Shown: positions 1 to 14,668, counted from the stretch's first letter. The stretch is 64,000 bases of DNA from the human T2T-CHM13v2.0 reference genome, Homo sapiens (GCF_009914755.1 NC_060933.1), one strand, 5' to 3'. Notes: generated by a model not told the origin, from the letters alone. Numbers and translations: made by a program.

Positions 1-877
1 AGCCAGACTCCAGCATCTCAGGGACTCTGCAGGCTCCGTTCTTAGCTCTCAAGCCCTCAGGCTGTGGCCTTAAATCTCTAGTGTGGTTCTGTGGCTTCCC
101 TCCCATTTTCTACCACTCTGCAGCTTCATCCAATCTTCTGTTGTATTTTCTGTTTGGCTTTTAGTGGTGGCTTCGACCTTAAATTCTGACTTGGGAATCA
201 CCCCTCAGGCCCATTCTCCAATGCTGAGCCCAGATCCCAGGTCCCAAGGCCCTTATCTGGAAGGAAATTGGGCCTACCAGGTGATGAGCATCTAACTGGC
301 TAATCACATAATAGAAGTGTGTATACACACATACACACAAGTTAATACATGTTTCCAACTATTTATGGTTGAGCCTCCCCAGTTACTTTTACAAGTAAAG
401 CTCAAAAGATTTCCCCTGGACTTGCCTCCTCTGCCTCCACATCTTGGATCCATTTTCTCATCGTGAGTATCTTTCTATCCTTGTGGCATTAAAGTTTAAT
501 GGCTAAGGCTACTCTAGTATGTTTGAGTTCAAGTCCGGCATGAAAAAGTCTCTGTGTCTGTTCCTAAATTCCAAGGAACACATTTGATTGTATTTTACTG
601 TCTTTAAATCTATCTCATGACATAATCTGAACCAATAGTTGTGGGCAGAAAATTTTTAAACATTGATACCTCCAAATTTCACCTGAAGCACATAGATTTT
701 AAGGATTGGAGAGAATCTCCAAGGAAACCCTAGATGTGTTGCTGGAAGAAGAGAGAATAACTGATAAATTGCTTTATATTTTTGTGCCAGTTATTTAGAT
801 TAAGAAGTAGTTTCGATCCAACAGTTCCTAAACCCTCACAAAATCAGATAGTGAGCCTTAGCAATCATCTAGCTCCT

Positions 878-1035
878 GGCTATTCAAAATGTTCCTCATG
901 GACTAGCCACAATATCATCACCAGGAAGCTTGTTAGAACTGCAGCATCTCAGAAACCCTGGACCTATTGAATCAGAATCTGCATTTTACCAAGGTATCCA
1001 ATTTATACAGTAAAGTTGAAAGTTAATGATCCAGA
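878..1035. mobile_element. MER5A-like hAT-Charlie DNA transposon relic
   Basis: agcttgttagaactgcagcatctcag...gaatcagaatctgcatttt. Confidence 0.7.
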
Positions 1036-1054
1036 CTTAAATCTCAACATACAG

Positions 1055-1500
1055 CTCTGGAAACTGGGGTGAAGCTAATGAACAGTCTTGCTCAAAGTCA
1101 TACAACTATTAAGTGGTAGAACTGGCACCAGAAATAGAATCCAGGTCTCTTGTCCTTTAGAGGTGGTTTCACTTCAAGTTGACATTACTTTGCATGGTGA
1201 ACTCTTTTTCTTTCAATTATAATGTTTTTAATTATGTTTTTGTTATCAAGACATGCAAATCAGGGTATAAATCATTATGCATTTTGCATAGTGGTTCAGA
1301 AATACAATCAAAGAGGCCTGAATTTGGGTCTCAGCTCTAGCATTTGCTACCTCACAAATGTGGGAATGTTATTTGACCTCTGAAAATACAGTTCCCTCAT
1401 GCACCTGCCTCAAAGATTACTCTAAGAATTGAAAGAGACAAGGCATCTATGCATATTACATATGTTTGAAACTTCATTAGCATCGGAGCCCATAAAGCTC
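1055..1500. mobile_element. Two MIR fragments
   Basis: cttgctcaaagtcatacaactattaagtggtaga; gttatttgacctctg...cagttccctcat. Confidence 0.55.
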
Positions 1501-1959
1501 AAAAACATTATTGTTATTATTTTCCATAGGATAACATTTTTCATCATTTCATTTTTCTTCATCCATATCTTTTTAGGGGTCAGCAATACAAAATAGGTAA
1601 AACTGATTACCTCCCATCAAGGAGAGTATACTCTGTCAGAGGAGATAGAGGAGCTACAAATTGAGCTGTGACAAACCCAAAGCCAACAGCATGAACATAG
1701 CACCTCCAAAGCACAGAGAGGAAGCAATTAATTTTGTCTAGAAAAGGAGAATAAGACTTCACAGGAAAAATTACAAGAGCCTGCCCCTTGATGTGAGCCT
1801 GGGAGTTCTTCAAGGTATTCCATTAAATTTAGTTTTTGAGAAATTAACAAGCCATTTGGTATTAACAGTTGGGAGCATTAAAAAGTTAATAAGATTGTCT
1901 CTCCATCAGGATCATAGAATCCTAAAATGTGGAGCTGAAAGTGATTTATGATGGAGGCT

Positions 1960-2255
1960 GAGATGTCTGCCTAATATTTCCCCACTCCCTTGCAGTGAAG
2001 TGGGGAACTGTCAGTAGTTGTCACTGATGAGCTGGGGGCAGAAGTGATGTGTGTGGATTCCAGAACAAAGTCCAGAAGAGAAGGCCAAGAACCCTTATTC
2101 CAGGTGGTGCACTTCAGTGACAGTGTGAAGCAGAGTCACCCATGGCCCAAGTCAGACAGGCTGTACAAATGAGAAATACATTTTGGTGGTGTTAAGTCAT
2201 CAGATTTGGGGCTCACTTGTTGCCATAGCATGATGCAGATAATCCTGACTTAACA
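1960..2255 (+). mobile_element. MLT1-family MaLR LTR fragment
   Basis: gggcagaagtgatgtgtg...gagaaatacattttggtggtgttaagtcatcagatttgggg. Confidence 0.55.
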
Positions 2256-2444
2256 TCTGATGTTAATGTTCATGGAAAGTGACTCTTCATTGTACAGTAG
2301 AGGGAAGGATGGCTTAGAAGAAGGGGCGGGGAAAGGGACTGGCCTCAGATGAGGTGGAGGACCCGGGTTGTTGCTAAACTTATCTAGATTTTTACTAAGC
2401 AGCAACTTATAATAATATTTTACCTGCTTACAAGACAATATTTT

Positions 2445-2776
2445 TAGAATGTAATCTTGAAATCCTCATAAGGACATGTTGTGGGAGGGATGCCGGTGGG
2501 AGGTGATTGAATCATGGAGGCCTTTCTTGCCTGTGGTGTTCTCGCGATGGCAAATGGGTCTCACGAGATCGGATAGTTTTATAAAGGGCAGTTCCCCAGC
2601 ATATGCTGTCTTGCCTGTCACCATGTAAGATGTGGTTTTGCTCCTCCTTCGCCTTCCACCGTGAATGTGAGGCCTCCGCAGCAATGTGGAACTGTGAGTC
2701 AATTAAACCTCTTTCCTTTATAAATTATCCAGTCTCAAGTATATCTTTATTAGGAGCATGAGAACAGACTAATACA
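2445..2776 (+). mobile_element. THE1/MST MaLR solo LTR (5' end degraded)
   Basis: gggaggtgattgaatcatgg...caattaaacctctttcctttataaatta...gagaacagactaataca. Confidence 0.85.
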
Positions 2777-2850
2777 GTATATATACTGTAATCGGATTGT
2801 TTGTAATCCAAAGGATAAATGCTTGAGGGGATGAAGGCCCCATTCCCCAA
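2777..2850 (+). mobile_element. L1MA-type 3' end fragment
   Basis: ggattgtttgtaa..caaaggataaatgcttgaggggatg. Confidence 0.55.
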
Positions 2851-4624
2851 GTTTATGTGGCCCATAAAACCTCAGCATGTCATTGGGTCATAATGCATTT
2901 CAGTATTACAAAAACAGTTATGAATTGCCTTAAGCAAAACAGACCCATCTGTGTGTCTTTGCATGCTACTTCAAAGCCACCCAACCATCTAAAACCAAAT
3001 TTCTCAGGAATAAATCGGCAACAAGGTTGAGTCCCAGAGATTGTCATTTTTAACCTCCAGCAAATTTTTGCAGCTGAGTGGTAAACTCCTCCCAAACATT
3101 TCTAATGGGAGGCTGACAGACTTCTAACAAAAGAACAAAAGCAGTTCCAATGCGCCACTATAATAACCTACTTCTTTTGATTGCATTTATTTTTAATGAT
3201 TATTTTCCCTGTATGCCAATCCAACCTGTGCTGCCAACCCAGAGAGAGGGGGAGGGGAGGAAGACAAGGATCCAGTACGTTGTCTTGGGCTGCACTGCCA
3301 CCTAGAGGTACTAGGATAACCAACCTGCTGCTGTCAGGGCAACGGCAGCTGTGGAGATAATAGGGGACCCTTTCTTCCACTGCATGGGGCTGGGCAAAAG
3401 AACCTACATTGTTCCCCCAGTTTCATTTAAACAAAGCCGATTATGAAATCAAAAAGCATGACCATGGGTATGTTTGTGAAAATTATTATTGGCCTGAAAG
3501 TGGGAGGTCCTTTAAGGAATGGTTCTGAGGGACAATTGGAAAACGGTTTTCTCTGCAGTTCTTTTCATTACAGAGGTTAGATTTGATTTGCAGCTTGAAC
3601 TGAATTGGCCGAAAATCATTTGGAAATGGAATGTTACAAAAGTCTGAATAGGTCCATATGGTCAGAACTGCAATTCGATTGCAAAAATGGAATTTATTGG
3701 AAAGTTACTAGGATCAATTCAGAGGACAAGAAGTATTGTGGGGACAGAAAAATGGACAAAGCCAATGACAACTTGTTGCATACTTAAGTTCTGCAAATGA
3801 CAGAATTGGACAGATATATTCCTGGTAACTGTCACTATCTTGAGGGCAAATTCAAAAGCCTTCTTGTTGATAAGGTCTTTATTTGGCTTTCTCCTCAGGC
3901 GATGTCAATTTGTGCACGAATGCAAACCATTTTAAATAAACATGAGAAATTTGTATTTCATGAAGAAATTATTTCAACAGTATTCATACAAACACAAGTT
4001 CAGGGAAAAGATAATTTCGGCAGGCTTTTGCAAAGATAATGATTTAGTCAACATTATTAATGATACTTGCAATAGGAAACAGGTAAAAAATTGAAACAAA
4101 TCATTCCTGACCCCAGGGATTTTCAGCTGCAACCTCTTCATGACATTTTAAGCCAGTAATAATGGCTCCTCCTTGAACTTAAGGAGCACATGTACATCAG
4201 TAACGCATTTCAGGGACTACAGACCATGTGGCTGCCTTTGTTTGCATAAATTCTGTGAGAGCAAAAAATGATGTGGAAAGGACAACAAAGCAAATCCACA
4301 GAATAGGAAAAAAAGTATTTGGCAGTGCAAAAATTTCAAAGCACAAAATTCAAAACTAGGCAAATTAACAATCCCACTCCTTGGAAGACATGGTCATTTT
4401 CAGAAGGGCAAAACTTGCCACAGTTAACTGTATTTTTGAGGACTCACTAGGGTTCTGGTGCCAGCTCAGTTCTTTACTCATTTTGTCCTGAAACAAGCAC
4501 ATATGATGAGTCCTATCATATTTCCATCTTACAGATGAGGATTGGGAGGCACAGAGAGGCTAAGCAAACTTGGAGGTAAAGCCTGGATCCAGACCCAGGT
4601 AGGTAGTGTGTCTCCAGAGTCCTT

Positions 4625-4933
4625 ATTTGTTTGTTTGTTTTGTTATAGAGAAAGGTCTTGCTTTGTCAGCCAGGCTGGAGTGCATTGGCATGATTATAGC
4701 TCATTGCAGCCTCAAACTCCTGTTTGGCTCAAGTGATCCTCCCACCTCAGCCTCCTAAATTGCTAGGATTACAGATGGATGCCACTATGCCTGGCTATTT
4801 TTTTTTTAATGTTTTGTTGAGATGAAGTCTCACTATATTGCCTAGGCTGGTCTCCAACTCCTGGCCTCAAGAAATCCTCCCACCTTGGAGTCTCAAAATG
4901 CTGATATTACAAGTGTGACCACCAAGCCCAGCC
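4625..4933 (-). mobile_element. AluJ
   Basis: Diverged dimeric Alu with tail on the left; ctcattgcagcctcaaactcc is J-like. Confidence 0.9.
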
Positions 4934-6434
4934 TCAAGTCTGTACTCTGAAATACTAAATTTAACACTGTCTCCTTGAAAAATATTTTCTATAGGACAAG
5001 TCAAGAGACTGTAATGCTTTTTTCTGTGCAGTCGTTCAAGATGGTGTCTCAGAAAGGTGATTTTGTGAAGGTCATTGCTTGTATCTGCTGCCACTCTAAA
5101 GACTTTCTTTACTTCTTGGATTCCAGTTCAGGTCAGATCATCTAGCTGGTAACAAGGGCCATAAACCCTTATCATTGTTCTTAGACCCAATGTTTGTTTC
5201 TCCTGGATCCTTCTCTGCTTGGACCTGAACTAACCTATTTTTCAGTCAACCCATAAGGAATTTCCTTTTTCCACCCAGCATTCCTGTATACTTCCTCCTC
5301 CTAGTCTTGGGCAAAGGTGACTTTTCTGAGGTCAATTAGGGTACCAGGTCTGAGGTAGGTGTTCGATAAATATTTGAATAGAATCAATGGAGGCGTTTCC
5401 AAAGCTTAATCAGGCCAGAGGCATTTTTCAATATTGATGGGGTCCCTGGCAGTACTTCTAACCTCATCCTGGGTCCCAGGTGGTTGAAGACAGAAAGTGG
5501 TCAATTGGCCAAAGGCATTCATTGTTCCTCCCAAGGTGCCCTCTGAGAGAATTGAAACCCTGAAAATACTCAATAATAAGAATTACTGATTCAAAAAAAA
5601 ATCAGCCAAGGGAAATAAGGCTCATCTGCAAATGTCATTAAACTGAATGCCTCTTTGTTGTACCTTGTAGATCCTTCTAGCTAGTGAGGGTGAAAGGGAG
5701 GTCCTATCAATCCTCACAGCTGCCACTGTTCATACAACATATTGAGTTGGCAATAGCTTTAATTATTGTCTCATGCTATCAGGATATATTAAAATCTAAA
5801 TTATCCATTGGGTTGGAGAAAAGGAAAATGGAGGAATATGAAATTTGGAGGTATACTCTTAATACTAATCCCTTGGGACTGTAGCTTGTGTTCCTCTCAT
5901 TCAGAAGTATTGACTGAATGACTGAAAAAAGAACCAACAGATCAACCAATGAGGAAACAAGTAAATGAAGAAACCAAGATGTCCCCGACCAATCAAAGGT
6001 AAAATGTTGCCATAGGCAGCTCTGCTTGTACCTCTATGCAATGGACAAACAAGGAGACCATTTTCTCCTTGTACATAGGCAGTGTCTGGAGCCAGGATGT
6101 ATATGCTAACTAGTGACCTAGCTGGCCTGATCAGGAGTGGGCAGCTCCAGCAAGCCTAACTCCACAGAGCCAGAGAGCATTCATAACCTCGTGTCCAGGA
6201 GAGAGTGCCAGCCGATAGAAGCCAGAAGTGTGCTTCTGCAATGAATCATCAGGATAAAGGAGGTTGGTGGTAGGTATTGGAAATCAAGAGAAAGAGCCAA
6301 GGTGAAGATCCAAGAGGTTAGAGAGCCACAGAAGGTTAGCCAAGCAGATTAGAGTAGGTGGGCAGGAGGACAGCCTGTGCCAGCACCGGAGACCACAAGT
6401 ATTTTGCATGGCTGGGCTTTCTTTTGGCTTTGTG

Positions 6435-7110
6435 TTTATTTTTTTAAATGGGTAATACATATACATGGAGCCAATCTCAGAAGGTTCCAAAAGGGATACC
6501 AAGCAGTAGTCGCATTCTCACTCTTGTCTTCCAATTCCCCAGTTCTCCTCTCCTGAATTTCTTCTGTATCCTTCCATAGATAGCCCATGCATAAGTAAGC
6601 ATATGTGTATCCACAACCTTTATACCACAAACCATATCATAGTATACATATCAGTCTGTAGCTTTCTTTTTCACTTGACAATACATCTTAGACATGGTTC
6701 CAGAGCAGTATATGTAAAGCTGGTTCATTCTTCCCTGAGGCCTTATAATACTCCATTGTATAGGTGTACCATAATATATTTAACTAATTTTTAAATGAAT
6801 ATGTAGGTTGTGTTCCAATAACGCTGCAATGATAAGGCATTTTGGATATGTGTAGACATATCTGTGAAAGTGAAGCTGCTGGGTTACAGAATATGTGCAC
6901 CTTAAATTGTGATAGATATTGCCAAGTCACCCCCTGAATGGGTGATATCAGTTAATACTCCAAACTATGCATGTGCCTGTTTCTCCCAAATACTTCCCAA
7001 CAAAATTTACTATCAAACTTTTTGCAATTGCCAAGTTAATCAGTAGGAAAAGTGATATATCATTATGGTTTTAATATGCATTTTTCTTATAATGTATGAT
7101 ATTGACAAAC
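6435..7110 (-). mobile_element. Ancient L1 (L1ME-like) 3' fragment
   Basis: gctttctttttcacttgacaatacatctt; gatagatattgccaa; ttttaatatgcatttttct. Confidence 0.6.
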
Positions 7111-8579
7111 TTCTTATGATAAAAATTGACACAGATGTAAATTTATTAGGACCCATTTGAGAGGCCTCCAATCAAAGGGGCCAATCAATATTCTGGGAAC
7201 CAACCAAGAGACCTGGGTTTGAAGTTTGAGATACGGTCTCACTGATGAAGCACCTACAATGTGCAGATATATTTGCTCCTCAGGTAGAATTTTGCTGTTC
7301 CACAATGCTGTTATTTATCAGAAACAACCCTGATTAAATGATTTTTCTAAAGCTACCTTTCTGATAAGGGGAAGAGCTATATCCATGTCCCAGTCAACTG
7401 GACTCCACACCCTGTGCTTTTTCCGAGTCCTAGTTTTACTAACTGCTACCTTGGAACCAAAAGCCCAGTAGATCTGGGATCAGAAAACCTGGGTATGTAC
7501 ATCAGTCTGCTACTCACAGGCCATGTGACCTTGAGTAAATAACTTAACCTCTTTGGTGGGGTCTCAGTTTTCTCAACTAATTTATCAAAAAAACTGTAGT
7601 TGTTACCTCAAAGTCCTTTCAGGTCTCAGACTTTTAAGACTTTGTAATATGGCAAAAATTCTGATGTCTAATGGGTAAAAGAAAAGCAAGCGTCCTGGAT
7701 TATCCAAATGCATCATCTCCCCATCTCCTAAAAATTGAGAGCTGATATATTTAAACACCTCATTTAGAAAATGACTGCCACCTTAAGCTCCTTCCTAGAC
7801 ACCACCAGCACTGTGAAGGAGGCACTTTTCTGCTTTTGTTCATCTCTTTAGAACTGTTCCTCAATCACTCTTTTTTCTTTTCTCTTTTTTTGCTTTTTCC
7901 CATTACCCATGTACAGAGTCACCTTAGGCTAAGGAAACACAACTGAAGAGAAACTAATTTTCTTCTAGACTACGGTTCATCTGAGTGTCGTTTCTTTGTT
8001 TTTAACATTTTGAAGCGGTCTGCAGCCTCCTCTCCAAAGTAAGGACAGGCTGGTGAGAGGAAGCGGAGACAGAGCTTCCCAATGGCCCAAGGATCCCAGG
8101 TGAGCAAATCCCTTTAGAGAATAAAGTTGTCATGCTCTTTAATGGTGAGATTCTTTAAGAAGAAAAAACAAATCTCTGCAAATTGTTGCTCACATTTGTA
8201 TCACTCCTTGACCTAAGTAGCACATACTTCACTTCATTTGGTGTTCATTTAGTGTTCTATGCAGAGAATGGGGAAAACAGCCTGGCAAATAACTAGAAAG
8301 AACATCCACTCTGATCATCGGCCAGGTGTCAAGCAATGTGCAAAGCACTTAACTTTCTTTACTTTTTAATCTAAATAGTCTTTAATATAGATAAGATAGA
8401 TATGGAAACTAAAACTCAAGATATGTTTGTAAGTTGCCCAGGGTCACAGAATTAGGAAGTGGCAGAAGTGGAATTCAAGGCCAGGTCTGTTAGATTCCTA
8501 AGCCCATCTGTATACAATATTGGGTACAATGACCTCTGTTCCAACTCAGCAATTCCTAGGTCTTAAAAGTCATCTAGAC

Positions 8580-8812
8580 ATGAATTCTCAAGGGGGGGTG
8601 ATATTGTCCCCAAGAGGGGAGAATTGTTTCTCGGGGGGGAGGGTGAGAGGAACCTTACTTTTTAAATGTATAAAACACAGCTATGTGCACAGTTCATAAA
8701 CATATATGTAATATATCTGTGGCATTAACATTTCCTGGGCAGAGGACAATTAGGAAAATATGCCTAAAAAGACTTTTTTGTGGGAAAAAGTTTTAAAACT
8801 TGAGAAACACTG
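8580..8812. mobile_element. Non-autonomous hAT-Charlie (MER) element with 8-bp TSD ATCTAGAC
   Basis: TSD at 8572-8579 and 8813-8820 (NTCTAGAN target); ends (c)atgaattctca / tgagaaacactg. Confidence 0.7.
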
Positions 8813-9895
8813 ATCTAGACATATCCCTGATGCAGCTCTTGGGTGCCTCATGCTGTGTCATGTTGCCTCCTGTTTGTCTACTTGTCTCTTTCCATCAGAC
8901 ATATAAACCTCTTCAGAATTGAGGACTGCTAAATTTGACATTACCAATCGGTGGGCAGCTACTTTTAAAATTGCAGCCACTCCTAGTTATTTTACAAAGA
9001 AGAGGTTGGAAAGCATTCAGATTGGGCTCTATCAAGGTGTGAGCCCACCTCCAAGTGTCCACTAGGCTGAAGCGGGCTGGCCACCACCATCTGATTGGGT
9101 TCCAACCATCTCCTCATCCTGCTCTTGCTGCTCCTTGCTCTTCCGCTCTCCCCAGACTTCCACTCTCCTTACTCCATCTTCTTTTTCATCTCCTCTAAAG
9201 TTCATAAAGGAAATGGTCTGACCTTGAATTTAGAGGATGAGATCCACCTGAGTACGTTCACTGGCACAAAAGGTGAGGCCACTGTGGTTCCCCACCTCCC
9301 TTCACCAGCTCAGCTCTCCTGTGTAAAATAAGATCTGGGGAAATGACTACACCTTAATTCAGCCCAACCTGAATATGTAAAGTACACGAAAGAAGCCGGG
9401 AAGTGTGGATGCTGAAGAAATAGCGTATGATCCAGGGCTCTAAGGAGCTTATGCTCTCTGCACCCCGTTTTTCCCTAAACGTACGTTCAGACAGAACTTT
9501 CTTACCTTTTCCTGATTTCTTCAGTTTTCTTCATCTCGGTTAAGGATCCCAAAGCAACTCAGAACAGAACCCTAAATATTTTCGTAATTCCTTAAATAAT
9601 TAAAAAAGTGGCCTTCAGTTCTCCGATGCCAATCTCAATTTCTACCTACTGGAAACTGTAAAGATTTTTAACATTTCCTTTCCTTGCAGTTTTTCCTGCA
9701 ATCAGTTTCCTCATTGAAAGTGTAACAGGTGTATATAGCCATGGAGGCCACCTGCCCTTGACTGCTGTTCTGAAAGTGGAGACACCTGTGGGTAAAGTGG
9801 AGCGATCACAAAAGCTCTTAATGTTACTGCTAGACTGTGAGATCCTAGAGGGCAGCAGCTGTGTCTTGTTCATCTGTTTGGTCCTCTCCTCCCTA

Positions 9896-9897
<2 letters not shown>

Positions 9898-9961
<64 letters not shown>
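9898..9961. repeat. (AC)32 perfect microsatellite
   Basis: Directly visible. Confidence 0.98.
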
Positions 9962-9964
<3 letters not shown>

Positions 9965-10361
9965 AAGCAACAGAAATTGATCCTCTCCCAGTTCTGTAAA
10001 TCAGAAGTTTAAAATCAAGGTGTTGGCAGGGCCAGGCTTCCCTGAAGGCTCCAGGGGAGAATCCGTTCGATCCCTTTCTCTTGGCTGTTGGTGTTACTGG
10101 CAGCCCTTGGCATTCCTTGTCTTGAAGACACATCACTCCAGTCTGTCACATGGTGTCCTCCCTGTGTGTGCCTCTACATGTCTTTCCCTCTTTATGTATG
10201 GACACCAGTCACATAGTGTTAGGGCCCACCCTAGTCAAATATGACCTCATTGTATTTTGAGGACATCTTCAAAACCCTTGCTTCCAAATTAGGTCGTATT
10301 CACTGCTACTGGAATTTAGGTTTTGGCATATATTTTAGGAAATATAATTCAATTTGCAACA
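9962..10361 (-). mobile_element. MLT1 (B/C-like) MaLR LTR
   Basis: aagcaacagaaattgatcctctcccagttctg...aaatcaaggtgttggcagggcc...gaaggctccaggggagaatc. Confidence 0.8.
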
Positions 10362-10404
10362 GTGCCTTAATGAAAAAATGAGTAAATAAGTACATACTTC
10401 ACAG

Positions 10405-10497
10405 AAGAAAGGAGAAAAACAGGGAAGGAGGGAGGGAAGGAGGGAAAGAAGGAAGAAAGGAAGGAAGAAGGGAGGGAGGGAGGGAAGGAAGGAAGGC
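10405..10497. repeat. Imperfect (GGAA/GGGA)n purine tract
   Basis: Directly visible. Confidence 0.9.
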
Positions 10498-11608
10498 AAT
10501 TTTTCATAATATTTAAAATATTCTATAAAGAAAAAAATAACCATCTCAGCTAAGTTTCCTGAGTTGATGTTCTGATGAGTCATTATGTGATTTGTATTCC
10601 TTTGTAAAACTGTCTCACATGAACAAGTCTTTCCCCCTAAGTCTAGTGATTAATTTCCTATCTTTATGCGTATTAGGGTTCTTTTTAAAAAGAAAATTAC
10701 CTGATAGTCAGTGCTGTGCATTAATGCCATTAGGAGCTTAGGTTAGGATCTTGTTTACTTGTTTGTTAATGAGGGAAATAATTTTATTTCTATGCTTAAG
10801 AGAATCACTAGTAATCAAGTCATATGCATCTAGTTCTTCTTCCCTTTCTGACTTGAAGCTTAGCCCCACGTCCCTCTGTACCCACCAAAAAGAAAGAAAA
10901 AAATACAAAGAAGGAAGGATGGAAGAATGGAAGGAAGGAAAAAGAGAGAAAAAACAAAACAAAAAAAGAAAGAGTGGAGGAAAGCAACCCCACACTGTCG
11001 GTTCTTGTTGCTGCAAAGCAAGAGGAAGTGTGGCGTCTTGAACTATCAGTCTGAAGACAGGAGGCCTGGGTCCTGGGTCCAGTTCTGAAACCACAATGAC
11101 AACCACAGGCTACCCCTGATTACCAGCTACTTCACCAATTAAAACAAGTGTGTGCGTAATCTCCAAACTCATTCTCAGCACTAGTGCTTGATAACTGCTC
11201 ATGGACTGAATCTATGGAGATGACAAAGTTTCTCCCCGTCTCTGCTCCCACCACTGCCCACTAAATTAGGAAATCAAGAATTAGTTCTTAGAACTGCAGA
11301 GCTTCCAATAGCCAAGACTAATGGGGAAAAAGACCCTATAGAAACTATAGTCTTTCTAAAACAAGAACGGCAAGAGTCCTGATCCAGCCCAAGGAAAAGA
11401 CCATTGAGACGGTCACCTTGAATTTGAAACATAACATTAGCCACCTTACAGTGTCATCCCCTCCTTCCAAGCGCTTCAGCCTGGTGAGTTCAGACAGTAG
11501 AAAGGGAGGATGTTTCCTGGGTTTTTTTTAAAAACACACATTATAATCATTAAGTCATGAGGTATTTTCTTCTCCAAGAGCATTATGACTTAAAAGTCTG
11601 GGTGATCT

Positions 11609-11996
11609 ATTTTTTGTTTATCTTTTATTTTTATTTATTTATTTTTTAAATTTTATTTTAAGTTCCGGGATACTGTGCAGGATATGCAAGTTTGTTACAT
11701 AGGTAACTGTGTGCCATGGTGGTTTGCTGCAACTATCAACCCATCACCTAGGTATTAAGCACTGCATGCATTAGCTATTTGTCCTAATGCTCTCCCCACA
11801 ACTCCACCACCTCCCGACAGGCCTGGTCGTGTGTTTTTTCCCTCCCTGTGTCCATGTGTTCTCATTGTTCAGCTCCCACTTATGACAGAGAGCATGCAGT
11901 GTTTGGTTTTCTGTTCTTGTGTTAGTTTGCTGAGGATGATGGCTTCCAGCTTCATCCATGGCCCTGCAAAGGACATGATCTCATTCTTTTTCATGG
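11609..11996 (-). mobile_element. 5'-truncated L1PA 3' end (~390 bp) with TSD CTGGGTGATCT
   Basis: ORF 11869..12087 carries the L1 ORF2 C-terminus (KKNEIMSFAGPWMKLEAIILSKLTQEQKTKH); TSD at 11598-11608 and 11997-12007. Confidence 0.92.
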
Positions 11997-12991
11997 CTGG
12001 GTGATCTTTAAGACATGCATTGGCTGAGGCAGGGTACTGTAGTGCAAAGATTCTACCAGACCTAGGTTTGAGTCCCAGCTCTGTCATGTTAGCCCTTAAT
12101 TAACTTTGCTAAGCCACTCGACCCGGCTAAGCCTGTTTCTTTATCTGTTAAAACAGGAGTTATTGCAAGCATAACATGAGAAAACATGTCAAAAGCTTAT
12201 AGGACACAGTCAACACTTAGGAAATACTAGCTTTCCTGTCTACAATAAGAAATGGATATCTTATTTGTGCCTTCCAGAATATGAGCTAAGCACAAGTCTG
12301 ATTGATACTCTATGGGTGGATTTCTAGCATCATTTACGATAGACCATCAGCACACAGTCAGTTGTATTATGCCTCCATGTATGTTAATAATTCCTCTGTG
12401 TGCTTGATCAGTACTCCCATTGACATTTCATTGAGTCTCAAATCTCAGGAATTATAAACTTCTCCAAAGGCCGTATATGTTTATAGCCATTTGAACACTT
12501 CTAAAACAATAAGAAGTACGAAGACAAACCAGTGTCTGGTGGGGAAATCCTGTGGGAACCCACATTCTCCTGCTGCTAAACAGCTGGAATTTACTACTGC
12601 TTCCATTTTCTCCAGTTGATGAGAAGATAGCCTTTTCTATGATCTTGTGAACTAACCAATATGTTCTTCAAGAATAAGAAGTATACCTTCTTTGTTTTAT
12701 TTTCTCTCCAGCAGTTCAAAGACTTCTCTTCCTAATCATTGCTGTATAAATGTTTAGTTGGCCAAGTCAAGTTGTGGTCATTTACATAAATTTAATGTTT
12801 GAAATGACAAGTTGCTCACTTACTGCTCTCAAAGGACATTTAGGAATTTTTAAAAATCACCAACACACCTCATTAGAAGGTTAAAAAGAAAAATATTAAA
12901 GAATAAAACTTTCTTCCTTTAAAAAATTTATGTCACCTAGTAACATGAAAATTGTGAAAATAAAAAGATAATCATATATAATTATTACAGA

Positions 12992-13455
12992 TGTTGCAAT
13001 AAACAGAATAATGGATCCCCATAGTACAAGTCCACAGAAACTCTGAATATGTTACCTTACTGTCAAAAAGGATGTTGCAAATGTAATTTAGGATCTTGAG
13101 ATGGAAAGACTCTCCTGGATTATTCAGGTAATCTCAATTCAGTCACAAGGTCCTTGTAAGGGAAAGAAGGAGGCAGTAGTGTCAGAGTCTGAAGAGATGT
13201 GAGGACAGAAGCTGAAACTGGAATGATGCCATGGCTGGAAGGGGCCATAAGCCAAGGATAGCAGGTGGCCTCTAGCAGCTGGAAAAGACAAGGAAGGGAT
13301 TCTCCCCTAGAGCCTCTAGAAGGAAGGCCATTCTGCTGACACCTTGATTTTAGCTCATAAGAACCATTTTTGTATTTCTGGCCTTAAGAACTTTCATTGT
13401 TTTAGGTCATGAAGTTTGTAAGGACTCATTAGAGCAACAATAGGAAAGTAATACA
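12992..13455 (+). mobile_element. MLT1D-like MaLR solo LTR
   Basis: tg...aatatgttaccttac...gatcttgagatgg...ttctcccctagagcctctagaagg...gcaacaataggaaagtaataca. Confidence 0.85.
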
Positions 13456-13526
13456 GATCAAGTAGAAAAACAAGACCTATATAACAGACAAATTTTTTAG
13501 CTTTTTGATAAATTAATGGATGAATT

Positions 13527-14111
<585 letters not shown>

Positions 14112-14668
14112 TGACAGAACCCCCTGAAGATTACAGACAATAAGCTTCAGAATCCCAGGGAGTATAGCTAACACCACGCCCCAGAGAGTCTAGAGTCCAG
14201 TCAGGATGTTCCCTGTGCTGGCCTGCCATTACAGCACCGTGATTTGAGTGATTCAATACCTGCCCTTCAAGTTTGCATTGCTCCTTTAGAGCTGGGTGCT
14301 GGGCTCAAGCATGGTCTGTGCTAAGTCTAGGTTACACACCTAAACCCCAGGTTCAGGAGATAGGGAGAGGCAGTGTTCTTTCCTTTCAGCTTCTCTAGTG
14401 ATATGTAGAGTTCTGCTTCCCACTAATATTCACAGAGTGAGAGACTCCCCTTAAAGAAAAGGGTGACCAGATGCCAGTTTAAAAAAAAAAAAAAAAGAAG
14501 TGGCAAATGTCTACCACAGGGTCTGATCATCTGAGTCATCTAATTTCTTGATTATTAATCAATAAATTTAAAATATGGTGAAGACTCATTTGCTTGTAGT
14601 TATTAAAAACACAGGCAAGTGACGTAAAAGTGTTTTAATAAAATGCAAATATATGTTAGAGAAAGTTT

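Noticed and set aside
10405-10497. GGAA tract as an EWS-FLI1 response element
   Set aside because: Only about 3 consecutive perfect GGAA units; heavily interrupted.
9646-11106. ORFs with CVCV/HTHT or Leu/Pro/Ser/Phe-rich runs
   Set aside because: Products of (CA)n and GGAA simple repeats and LTR sequence.
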